A stretch of DNA of 64,000 nucleotides, taken from Rhodanobacteraceae bacterium (GTDB lineage Bacteria > Pseudomonadota > Gammaproteobacteria > Xanthomonadales > SZUA-5). The stretch spans positions 14,400 to 78,399 of the forward strand of contig JAYUUS010000146.1 of assembly GCA_043754435.1 (NCBI GenBank), in the 5' to 3' direction. The translations under genes were made by a program, and so were the position numbers. Below are positions 39,550 to 47,922 of this stretch, piece after piece (positions within the stretch are counted from its first letter, which is position 1; each line of letters starts with the position of its first letter). Below the pieces are notes generated by a model. It ran no database searches, was not told where the DNA came from, and was given only the letters and a program-made list of their open reading frames with translations.

Positions 39550-40326
39550 CTATACGCCTTGATACGCGGCCAGCAGCGCAGGCCAGAGCTTATTGGAAAA
39601 ATCGGCGCGCGCGGCAAAGCCTAATTTGGTTAGCGAGCGCAGCAAGCGCGCCAAGTTTGCCTGCTGCCACACCCGCTTAGGCTTGCGCAACAGACAGCGA
39701 TCAAAATCTATTAACGCTGGGCCAGCATCGGTCAACAAAATATTGTGGGCGTTTAAATCCGCGTGCCAAAGTGCAGCACCGTTGATATTCGCCCCGTGAA
39801 AGCGCTGCAACATGTGCCCAATGGCGTGAAAATCCGCAACAGTCGCCGTCTGCACATGCGCCGAAAGTGGATTTGCCCCAGGCAACCACGCAGTCAAAAT
39901 ATCGGCGCGATAGCTCAAGCCTGAGCGCACAAAGCGCGCCGCCAGCGGTGCGGGTACGGGCAAATTGTGGCTGTGCAAAGTCGCCAGTAAGCGCAGCTCT
40001 CTAAAACAGCGCGTCGCTTGCGCGCCAATAAACACGTAACGATCTTGCCAAAGCGCGCCGGTCATGCCGCCCCGACGATAGTGCCGCAGCGCGCCGACAC
40101 CGAAAGAACCCAGCACTTGAAACGCTTGTCCACGGCCATCACGCAGCGCTTTTGCACTACTGCCGTAGCTGCTGGGGTCAAAAAGCTGCGCCAATGGCTC
40201 CGCCACGCGGGCGCGATCCACTAATGCCCAGCCGCGCTCAATGCGTTCAAGCACAAGCGCAGTGTCGGCGACTTTCAACAGTGTGGCAGGGTTGGATTTG
40301 GTTACCATGCGGCGAAGTTTATCCAA
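39550..40326 (-). CDS. kdkA: 3-deoxy-D-manno-octulosonic acid (Kdo) kinase
   Basis: 258 aa. Carries LRHYRRGG and WHADLNAHNILL, which are typical of KdkA. Confidence 0.8.
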   Translation of the reverse strand: MDKLRRMVTKSNPATLLKVADTALVLERIERGWALVDRARVAEPLAQLFDPSSYGSSAKALRDGRGQAFQVLGSFGVGALRHYRRGGMTGALWQDRYVFIGAQATRCFRELRLLATLHSHNLPVPAPLAARFVRSGLSYRADILTAWLPGANPLSAHVQTATVADFHAIGHMLQRFHGANINGAALWHADLNAHNILLTDAGPALIDFDRCLLRKPKRVWQQANLARLLRSLTKLGFAARADFSNKLWPALLAAYQGV

Positions 40327-40398
40327 TTTCCAGTTAGCCGCGCTTTAGATGATCTAAAGTAAGGGAAGATGAAGATAATTAACCACCATGGTTGAAAA

Positions 40399-40722
40399 GT
40401 GTCCCATATAAGCCCATTCTATCCGATAGACGAAGTTCGCGCGGCAGCGGCAGCAGGTCGGCTCATCGCTGAGTCTGGGGCTGATACGCACTCACGCGAA
40501 TTGGGTTACAGCAGGGAAGCTGTGCTCAAGGTTCTTAAAAATTTGGACATCAAACAGTTTCACAAGACATACCTTTATCCGCAGCGCAATTTTCCGCTTG
40601 ATTCGTACAAGCTGAAAGCCCTGTCCGACACCAAGCAATTCGATGACCTCTACATCAAATTTGCATTGCGGGGCGAAGGTAGGTCACGAATTCTCTTGGT
40701 GTCCTTTCATTTGAATAGGTAG
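40399..40722 (+). CDS. mqsR: Type II toxin, MqsR family
   Basis: 107 aa with a GTG start. The N-terminal P-x-Y-x-I..V....AG pattern, the ELG block, F.K and the C-terminal ILLVSFHLNR align by eye with E. coli MqsR (...VLIVSFKEK). Confidence 0.75.
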   Translation: MSHISPFYPIDEVRAAAAAGRLIAESGADTHSRELGYSREAVLKVLKNLDIKQFHKTYLYPQRNFPLDSYKLKALSDTKQFDDLYIKFALRGEGRSRILLVSFHLNR

Positions 40723-40737
40723 TTGGAAGAAGCCACC

Positions 40738-41265
40738 ATGAAGTGCCTGATTTGCGAGACTGGAAATTTGACCGCTGCAAGCCGTACCGAACCGTTGCGG
40801 TACAAAAACCGGGTGTTGCATGTGCACGGGTATTTGGTGTCGAACTGCGATGCTTGCGGAGCAAGCTTGGTGTTGACAGCGCAAATGAAAGTCAATCAAC
40901 GCCTGATGGCCGACGCTGAACGCCGTGCCGATGGGCTGCTGACGAGTAATGAGATCAAAAAAGTACGCGAGTTGCTGAACTTGAACCGAGGTCAAGCGTC
41001 CAAGGTGTTTGGTGGGGGTCCCAATGCTTTTAGCAAGTACGAGCGGGGCGAAATCCATCCTTCCGAGGCAGTGAATAAGCTTATGGTTTTAGTGCGGGAC
41101 GTACCCGAAGCCCGTAAAAAACTTCTACAAACAGCAGGCTTTGCTGTTTCCCAATGGGTTGATGACAAAATCGGGGTGCCCATTGAACAAGTAGGATCAA
41201 CCGATTGGCTCAATGCTTTGACGCAGGGGCAGCCCTCGACACGAGCAAGCTATGAAGTCCAATAA
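40738..41265 (+). CDS. mqsA: Type II antitoxin, MqsA family (zinc ribbon + XRE HTH) with a C-terminal extension of about 44 aa
   Basis: Carries MKCLICETG...CDACG (CxxC...CxxC) and the HTH block SKVFGGGPNAFSKYERGE, comparable to E. coli MqsA IFGGGVNAFSRYEKG. It is 175 aa versus about 131 in E. coli. The extra tail contains SQWVDD and STDWLNAL. Confidence 0.85.
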   Translation: MKCLICETGNLTAASRTEPLRYKNRVLHVHGYLVSNCDACGASLVLTAQMKVNQRLMADAERRADGLLTSNEIKKVRELLNLNRGQASKVFGGGPNAFSKYERGEIHPSEAVNKLMVLVRDVPEARKKLLQTAGFAVSQWVDDKIGVPIEQVGSTDWLNALTQGQPSTRASYEVQ

Positions 41266-41704
41266 AGCGGTTGCCGCAGAAGTCCGTAACCAAATCGAGC
41301 TACAAGATATTGTCTTACTAGACGCACATTCCCAACAAAGCTTCGAAGCGCAGGCCCCACTGGTGCAGCAATCACGCCATTGGGTTGATTCGGCCTTGGT
41401 CGATGTAGACGGTAAAAAGTGCGTCCAGGCGGTAGTGGACTTAGGTGTTCGATTAGTGGATGCCAAGAACGTCTTGCGTTGTGAAGTTGCTGCACGGTTT
41501 TTATTGAGCTATCAGTGCAAACAGGGCTTGAGCAAGGAGCAACTAGAAGCGCTCAGCGATAATTTTGTGCACAACGCTTGGCCGTTTTGGCGCCAACATG
41601 TGTTTGATTTGGTGCAGCGAAGCCGACTCCCACGCATTGAAGTTCCTCTATTCGGCGGCCTACGTAAGAAGATCGCGGCGGCGGCAAGGACGCAAAAAAA
41701 ATGA
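41252..41704 (+). CDS. SecB-like chaperone (putative third component of a toxin-antitoxin-chaperone module)
   Basis: 150 aa. IELQDIVLLDAHSQ parallels SecB FQIQRIYTKDISFE. NAWPFWRQHVFDLVQRSRLPRIEVP parallels SecB [27 protein letters not shown] and the mycobacterial Rv1957 segment ALYPYIREYVYDLTGRLALPPLTLE. The start overlaps the mqsA 3' end by 14 nt. Confidence 0.65.
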   Translation: MKSNKAVAAEVRNQIELQDIVLLDAHSQQSFEAQAPLVQQSRHWVDSALVDVDGKKCVQAVVDLGVRLVDAKNVLRCEVAARFLLSYQCKQGLSKEQLEALSDNFVHNAWPFWRQHVFDLVQRSRLPRIEVPLFGGLRKKIAAAARTQKK

Positions 41705-41777
41705 TTTATAGACCGTTATCGCACTATTTTTGCCGTCGTTCGGCAAGGCTAGTTAGCGTTACTCAGGGCGAGTCTAA

Positions 41778-42833
41778 ATGAATGTGTGCATTTTTCGTCT
41801 TTCTGCGCTGGGCGACGCGACCCATGTGTTAGCGCTGATTGATGCCATACAACGCGACCCAGTCAGCCAACATTGGCGCTTAATCTGGGTACTTGGGCCG
41901 GGTGAAGCCAAGCTTGTGGCAGGTTTGCCGGGTGTGGAGTTGGTCGTCTATAACAAGCGCAGCGGTCTAAAAGGCGCGTGGGAGTTGCGTAAAAGAGTGT
42001 TACGGCTGCTCAATGGCGGTGCATTTGATGTGCTGTTACAGCTACAGCTCGCGCTGCGGGCGAATTTGATTTCCAGGCTAATTCCGGCCAAACGCCGGAT
42101 TGGTTTTGATGTAGCGCGCAGCAAAGAGCTACACAGTCTCGTTATCAACGAACGCATCGCCAGCGATGCTGGCCCACACGTATTGGACGCGATGCTGGGT
42201 TTTTTGACGCCGCTGGGCATTGCGCGCCCGGCGCAGCTGCATTGGCCGCTGGTGATTCCAGCGGATGCCCACGCATTCGCCGAAACCCATCTGCCAGCAG
42301 GCCAGCGGTATTTAGTGCTCAGCCCGTGCTCCTCACACGCGTTGCGCAATTGGCTACCAGAACGCTATGCCGCTGTCGCCAATTTTGCCTCGGAAAAATT
42401 AGGCTTGACACCAGTTTTGGTCGGCGGCAAAAGTGCCATAGAAGTCGCAATGGCGGCCGCGATTCGTGCGCCGTTACGTGTGCCATACATTGATTTGGTT
42501 GGCAAAGACACGCTCAAACAGTTGCTAGCGGTGCTGGCGCGCGCTACGGTGGTGTTGAGCCCCGATTCTGGCCCCGCACATATGGCACAAGCTTTGGGCA
42601 CGCCGGTTGTGGGCCTCTACGCCGCCACCGACGCCAAGCGCAGCGGCCCGTATCGCGCACAGCATTTATGCACCCAGCACTATGCCCATGCAGCACAGCA
42701 ATTCTTAGGCAAACCGGCAGAAAATTTGCGCTGGGGCCAAAAAATCGAGCGCGAGGGCGTAATGGCTTTGATTACCGTGGACGAAGTTTGTTTGCTGCTG
42801 GAGCGTGCAGCGTCAGGAAATCGCCTGAGTTAG
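41778..42833 (+). CDS. Glycosyltransferase family 9 (LPS heptosyltransferase-like)
   Basis: 351 aa. The N-terminus is IFRLSALGDATHVLALI and the C-terminal region is DSGPAHMAQALGTPVVGLY, both typical of GT9. Confidence 0.8.
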   Translation: MNVCIFRLSALGDATHVLALIDAIQRDPVSQHWRLIWVLGPGEAKLVAGLPGVELVVYNKRSGLKGAWELRKRVLRLLNGGAFDVLLQLQLALRANLISRLIPAKRRIGFDVARSKELHSLVINERIASDAGPHVLDAMLGFLTPLGIARPAQLHWPLVIPADAHAFAETHLPAGQRYLVLSPCSSHALRNWLPERYAAVANFASEKLGLTPVLVGGKSAIEVAMAAAIRAPLRVPYIDLVGKDTLKQLLAVLARATVVLSPDSGPAHMAQALGTPVVGLYAATDAKRSGPYRAQHLCTQHYAHAAQQFLGKPAENLRWGQKIEREGVMALITVDEVCLLLERAASGNRLS

Positions 42834-43056
42834 GGCGTGGCATGTGGGTCGCAAGTGAATCTGCAATTTGCTGCATCAAGCTTTTATTTTGTAGCACATG
42901 CAGCGTTTCCTGCTCTCGCTCCCAATCATCGGCACTGACCACTACAAATGCCTCGCCCGCACGGCGGGTTACTTTTATCGGCGTGTGATTGCTAACGACC
43001 TGTTCTACGTAGGTTTTTAGCTTGTCTCTGAATTGGTTGACGCTGACGGTTTCCAT
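42772..43056 (-). CDS. yefM: Phd/YefM-family antitoxin with its 3' end truncated and read through into repeat copy 1; no toxin gene present
   Basis: METVSVNQFRDKLKTYVEQVVSNHTPIKVTRRAGEAFVVVSADDWEREQETLHVLQN aligns by eye with E. coli YefM. After residue 72 the frame enters the antisense of the GT9 3' end. I place the start at the ATG at 43056. Confidence 0.7.
   Translation of the reverse strand: METVSVNQFRDKLKTYVEQVVSNHTPIKVTRRAGEAFVVVSADDWEREQETLHVLQNKSLMQQIADSLATHMPRPNSGDFLTLHAPAANKLRPR
42801..42840. repeat. 40-bp direct repeat, copy 1 (forms the current 3' end and stop of the GT9 gene)
   Basis: GAGCGTGCAGCGTCAGGAAATCGCCTGAGTTAGGGCGTGG. It matches 43104-43143 at 37 of 40 positions. Confidence 0.85.
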
Positions 43057-43103
43057 AATGATTGCCAAATGTACGGGGTTTCCGTACAAATTAGCATAGC
43101 GAT

Positions 43104-43143
43104 GAACGTGCAGCGTCAGGGAATCGCCTGAGTTAGTGCGTGG
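43104..43143. repeat. 40-bp direct repeat, copy 2 (displaced duplicate of the GT9 3' end)
   Basis: GAACGTGCAGCGTCAGGGAATCGCCTGAGTTAGTGCGTGG. It would encode the same peptide, ERAASGNRLS*. Both in-frame differences are synonymous. Confidence 0.85.
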
Positions 43144-43295
43144 TTTGCGCTAGCTGGCGTGGCAAACTGGGGTTCGCTTTCCTTGGAGATTTATGTGGCA
43201 GTCCTGACATCAACGTTTGAACGCCTAAGGCATGAAAAGTGCATTGTTGATTTGTTTAGGGATCACCTTTCAGATGAATCTTTGCCAGGAATAGC

Positions 43296-43715
43296 ATGAC
43301 AGGCTCTCGTCATTTCCTGCTGCGAAGTTCCGAGACTTCAGACTGGATTGAGTTCACGTCACTCGATGAGCTCTCAGACTGGTCTTTCGACATACGGGCT
43401 TTCTTTCGGGGCTACGCCGTAAAAGAAACGTCAGTGACGCTGGGAGACTTATCAATCTTCGCCAACGATTTGGTTACCTTCGAACGCACAAGAAAGGGCA
43501 AAGCATGTATTGCAGGAACCTACGACTTTGAATTTGCTGTGGAGGCCTTCGAGCGCCGGGGCAGTGCGCTGGTGACTTTTTCCTTAACTAATCTCCTGCA
43601 CCTTCCCAACAACAAGTACGGGCGGTGCCTTCTAGAGGCCGCATTTGTCGTCAATGGCGAGTACGTTGCAAGTATGTGTCGGGGCTTGGCAGCGCTGGCG
43701 GCTCCAATTAATTAA
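43296..43715 (+). CDS. Hypothetical cytoplasmic protein
   Basis: 139 aa ORF with no signal peptide and no motif I recognise. It ends 6 nt before the kinase gene. Confidence 0.4.
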   Translation: MTGSRHFLLRSSETSDWIEFTSLDELSDWSFDIRAFFRGYAVKETSVTLGDLSIFANDLVTFERTRKGKACIAGTYDFEFAVEAFERRGSALVTFSLTNLLHLPNNKYGRCLLEAAFVVNGEYVASMCRGLAALAAPIN

Positions 43716-43721
43716 GCCTCC

Positions 43722-45764
43722 ATGCGACTTCGACTCAAACTCCTCCTAATAGCGCTCGTCGCTGCGGTTTTCCCCATTGGCGGTTTGCGTTTTGTTTCGC
43801 AAATGGAAGATACGCTGCGGCAAGGCGAAGAAAGCGCACTGTTTGCGCAAGCGCAGGCTCTGGCACGCGCTTGCGCTGCCCTAGATAGCGAACTTTTAGC
43901 CAGCGCGGGTGCGCCGGGGCGTATCTATGCGCAAGCGATTGATTTTGAGCTGAGCATTGATGGCTATGTGGAAGACTGGGCGCGCCTAGTCGCGGAGCCG
44001 CAGCGTTTTGGCACGAAATCACGTCTGCCGGTGGATTTCTTAGCCGCACGCAGCAAAGGCGCGCTGTATTTATGGTTTTCTATTGGCGATTTGACACCGG
44101 TTTGGTTGGATGCGTTTACCGCTTACCCGGAACGTACGGATCATTTGATGATTGATTTGGATGGTGCCAGCTATCGCATCGCGTGCTCGGGCAGCGGCTT
44201 AACGCCGGTCTTGGCGCTCAAGTCATCCAGCCCGCCAATCCCTGCGGCGGCCTGTCAAAAACGTCAGCGGGGCTACAATATTGAGCTGCGCATTCCCACG
44301 CTCGCTAAACAAAATTCCTTGGGTTTTCGGGTGCTGGACTTTCCCGTGGCGGGCGCTGATTTACCGCAGGCAATGACCGGCACTTTGGACGCGGCGCAGG
44401 CGCTGGTGCGTTGGCCTATCGTTGCGGCAAGCTTAGATAGCGCCACGCTCGCCGCACTGTTGCCGCCGGGTGTGCGCTTGCGCATAATTTCGCCAGACCG
44501 CATAGTGCTGCGAAAATCCGGCTCGCTAGACGCGCGTGACACGCTGACCGATTCCGAGCTGAGCTTCCGACGTTGGCTGCGCGCGTGGGTGTATCGCGCC
44601 TTGCTGGCACCTCCGCTGGCCGACCCCAATGAGTATCGCTTTGATGCGCTCAAGCTGGAAACGGCGGCGACTGATGCGGCTTTGCAAGGCAATCTTAGCG
44701 CCGTATGGCGGCCTGCTGGCTCGCGCGCCTCGGTGGTGCTCGCCGCTGCCGTGCCGCTGCGTGCTGACGCGCCCGCGAACGGTGCACTGATGCTGGAAAA
44801 AACCTCCGATGCCCTGCTGATTTGGAGCAATCGCGCTTTGGGCGGCCTCATTTTTGGCGGCGTGCTCACCATGATTTTGGCGGCGGCGGTGCTATTTGGT
44901 TACGCTGGCTGGCTGAGTTTTCGCATCCGCAAGCTGAAAACTGCCACCGAAAACGCGCTAACGCCGGAAGGCCTGCTGCGCGGCAATTTTCCCAAAAGCC
45001 GCACCGTAGACGAAGTCGGGGACTTATCCCGCAGCTTTGGCAAGCTTCTTGAACAGCTCGGTGAATACAACGACTACTTGCGCACCTTAGCCAGCAAGCT
45101 TAGCCATGAGCTGTCCACGCCGCTGGCGGTGGTGCGCTCAAGTTTGGAAAACCTGGAGCATGAAAATATTAGCGCGGGTGCCAGAACCTATGCCCAGCGC
45201 GCGCGCAGCGGGGCGGAACGGCTGGTGCAAATTTTGCGCGCGATGAGCGAAGCCACGCGGATGGAACGTGCGATTACCTCTGCCGAAGGCGAACGCTTCG
45301 ATTTGCGCGCCGTCATCACCGGCGCTACTGCGGCCTATCGGGATATCGCTGGCAGTCGACAGATTGTTTGCGAGGTGCCGAAAGAGCCAGTGCTACTGTT
45401 CGGCGCGCCTGAGTTGATCCATCAAGCCTTGGATAAGTTGGTCGATAACGCCCTAAGCTTCACGGCTGAAGGTGGTCAAATTACTATTGTGCTGCGCCAC
45501 CTTGAGGGCGCAATCAATCTGGACGTCATTAATCCCGGCCCGCGCCTGCCGGAAAAAATGCGCGGTCGATTGTTTGATTCGCTGGTGTCCATGCGCGATG
45601 GCAAAGCCGGTAGCCCGCATTTGGGCCTAGGCCTCTACATTGTGCGGCTGATCGCCGAACTGCACAGCGGTTACGCCAAAGCGCAGGATTTGCCAGATGA
45701 CTCCGGCGTAGTGGTAACGCTGCATTTAGTGGGTATTCGGCAAGTGGGGGTAACGGCGCTTTGA
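43722..45764 (+). CDS. Sensor histidine kinase with a large periplasmic sensor domain; orphan
   Basis: 680 aa. It has an N-terminal TM helix, a periplasmic region of about 340 aa, a second TM helix and a HAMP-like linker. The H-box is LSHELSTPL and the ATPase blocks are DNALSF and GLGLYIV. No adjacent response regulator. Confidence 0.85.
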   Translation: MRLRLKLLLIALVAAVFPIGGLRFVSQMEDTLRQGEESALFAQAQALARACAALDSELLASAGAPGRIYAQAIDFELSIDGYVEDWARLVAEPQRFGTKSRLPVDFLAARSKGALYLWFSIGDLTPVWLDAFTAYPERTDHLMIDLDGASYRIACSGSGLTPVLALKSSSPPIPAAACQKRQRGYNIELRIPTLAKQNSLGFRVLDFPVAGADLPQAMTGTLDAAQALVRWPIVAASLDSATLAALLPPGVRLRIISPDRIVLRKSGSLDARDTLTDSELSFRRWLRAWVYRALLAPPLADPNEYRFDALKLETAATDAALQGNLSAVWRPAGSRASVVLAAAVPLRADAPANGALMLEKTSDALLIWSNRALGGLIFGGVLTMILAAAVLFGYAGWLSFRIRKLKTATENALTPEGLLRGNFPKSRTVDEVGDLSRSFGKLLEQLGEYNDYLRTLASKLSHELSTPLAVVRSSLENLEHENISAGARTYAQRARSGAERLVQILRAMSEATRMERAITSAEGERFDLRAVITGATAAYRDIAGSRQIVCEVPKEPVLLFGAPELIHQALDKLVDNALSFTAEGGQITIVLRHLEGAINLDVINPGPRLPEKMRGRLFDSLVSMRDGKAGSPHLGLGLYIVRLIAELHSGYAKAQDLPDDSGVVVTLHLVGIRQVGVTAL

Positions 45765-45800
45765 GTGCGCCGTCAACGCAGCTGGGCAGGTTTGGGTAAA

Positions 45801-47195
45801 TTACCGGCCAAAACCGGACTCATTCCCCAGCATTTTCGTTGCATCCACCCACAAATCAAATTGCTCTCCACTCACTTCTGTCAATGCCAGCGCCGCCTCG
45901 CGCAAGCTGAGACCGTTTACGTGCGCGTGCTTGGCAATTTTGGCGGCGCGCGCATAGCCGATATGCGGCGCAAGTGCGGTTACCAACATCAACGAGCTTT
46001 GCACCAGCGCCGCGACGCGCTGTGCATTCACCGTGATTCCGGCTAGGCAATGCTGGCTAAAACTGCGCATCGCATCGCTCAATAAGCGGCTGCTATCCAG
46101 CACATTCATCACGATCAGCGGTTTATAGACGTTGAGCTCAAATTGCCCTTGGCTAGCGGCAAAGCTTATCGCCGCGTCGTGACCAAAAACTTGCGCGCAC
46201 ACCATCGTGAGCGCCTCAATTTGGGTAGGGTTGACCTTACCCGGCATGATTGAGCTGCCCGGCTCGTTTTCCGGTAGCTGCAGCTCGCCTAAGCCTGCAC
46301 GCGGGCCGCTGCCCATCAAACGGATATCGTTCGCCATTTTAGTCAACGCAATCGCCAGCATTTTAAAGCCACTGTGCAGGCCCACAATCGCCTCATGCCC
46401 GGCCATTGCGGCGAAAAGATTGCCCGCTTGAGTCAGCGGTAAATCGAGTTTGTCGGCCAACAGTGCCGCAACACGTGCGCCGAATTTCGGATGCGTGTTT
46501 AAGCCGGTGCCGACCGCAGTGCCGCCAATTGCCAGGCTGTGCACCGCGCTCAGCGCATGCCGGATCGCGCTGTCGCACAGTTCTAATTGCGCCGTGTACC
46601 CGCCAAATTCTTGGCCCAAAGTAATCGGTGTGGCGTCTTGTAAATGCGTGCGGCCGATTTTTATCACGGTTTCGAACTTTTGCGCTTTGGCCTGCAGCAT
46701 CGCTCTCAAATCATTCAATGCGGGCAGCAAGGATTGTTTGACAGCAATTGCAATGGCGATGTGCATCGCAGTGGGAAACACATCATTTGAGGATTGGCCT
46801 AAATTGACCTCGTCATTCGGGTGAATTTTTAGCGGCGCGGCATTTGATGCCATCGCCAAATTGGCAATCACCTCATTCACATTCATATTGCTTTGCGTGC
46901 CCGAGCCGGTTTGAAAGACCGAAAGCGGAAATTCGGGATCAAAAGCCCCGGTCGCCACCTGCTGCGCCGCTTCAATAATGGCATGCGCTTTTGCCGCATC
47001 AAGCAATCCCAGATCGCGATTGACGTGCGCCGCCGCCCATTTAATCCAGGCGAGTGCATGGATTACTGCCAGTGGCATACGCGCCTCGCCAATGGCAAAA
47101 AAATGCAGACTGCGCGCCGTTTGCGCACCCCACCGGGCGCTTATCGGCACTTCGATAGCGCCAAAACTGTCGGATTCGGTGCGGGTGGCTGCCAT
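45801..47195 (-). CDS. fumC: Class II fumarate hydratase
   Basis: 464 aa with the signature GSSIMPGKVNPTQ. Confidence 0.95.
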   Translation of the reverse strand: MAATRTESDSFGAIEVPISARWGAQTARSLHFFAIGEARMPLAVIHALAWIKWAAAHVNRDLGLLDAAKAHAIIEAAQQVATGAFDPEFPLSVFQTGSGTQSNMNVNEVIANLAMASNAAPLKIHPNDEVNLGQSSNDVFPTAMHIAIAIAVKQSLLPALNDLRAMLQAKAQKFETVIKIGRTHLQDATPITLGQEFGGYTAQLELCDSAIRHALSAVHSLAIGGTAVGTGLNTHPKFGARVAALLADKLDLPLTQAGNLFAAMAGHEAIVGLHSGFKMLAIALTKMANDIRLMGSGPRAGLGELQLPENEPGSSIMPGKVNPTQIEALTMVCAQVFGHDAAISFAASQGQFELNVYKPLIVMNVLDSSRLLSDAMRSFSQHCLAGITVNAQRVAALVQSSLMLVTALAPHIGYARAAKIAKHAHVNGLSLREAALALTEVSGEQFDLWVDATKMLGNESGFGR

Positions 47196-47403
47196 AGTGG
47201 ATCCTTTTGTGAACTAGGTTTCTGTTTAGCAATGCGCCCCGCTGGCGGAGTGCTACGCTGCATTCATTAGCTTAGCTCAACCCCTTATTCGCTTAAGCCG
47301 GTTGCTTAAAGTTGCCTAAAGCCGGTAGGGACGATACAAAAGTTCGCCAACACACCGAAGTGCCTCAGAATAGGCACAATAATATAAGTTATAGGAAAAC
47401 ATA

Positions 47404-47841
47404 ATGCCTAACGACACCACCCGCAGTAGGGGAGTCCGCAAATCAAGTGACTCCAGCAAAGCACTACCGCCTGACACCGGCGTGGAAAAGCGCTTCGCTG
47501 TTGTGGGTATGGGTGCTTCAGCGGGTGGAGTTGCGGCATTTAGTGCATTTTTCGCCGGCATGCCCAGTGATAGAGAGCCAGGTATGGCTTTTGTATTGGT
47601 ACAGCACTTAGCGCCCGATCATGAAAGCCTTTTAACCGAGCTGATCCAGCGCAATACGCGGATGCAGGTGTTTGAGGTGGAGGACGGCATGACGGTGCAA
47701 GTGAATTGCATCTACATTATTCCGCCGAATCGCGACATGGCTTTTCTAAATGGCACCTTGCAGCTATTTGAACCTAGCGCCGCGCGTGGCTTTAATGCCA
47801 TTGCCACCACCGAACGCGTATATAGAACGCCCATGCCATGA
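47404..47841 (+). pseudogene. Truncated CheB-type methylesterase domain (N-terminal fragment of a CheB/CheR-fusion sensory protein)
   Basis: FAVVGMGASAGGVAAFSAFFAGMP...FVLVQHLAPDHESLLTELI...IYIIPPN matches the start of CheB-like domains in large CheBR-PAS-kinase proteins. The frame ends after about 130 homologous residues with unrelated tail sequence. Confidence 0.6.
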
Positions 47842-47922
47842 AAGAAACTGTCCTTGATCTTTATCAGCAAGACCCGCCTAGACTCCATTGGCGTTCACCA
47901 AGCAAAGACAGATCCGCACCCC

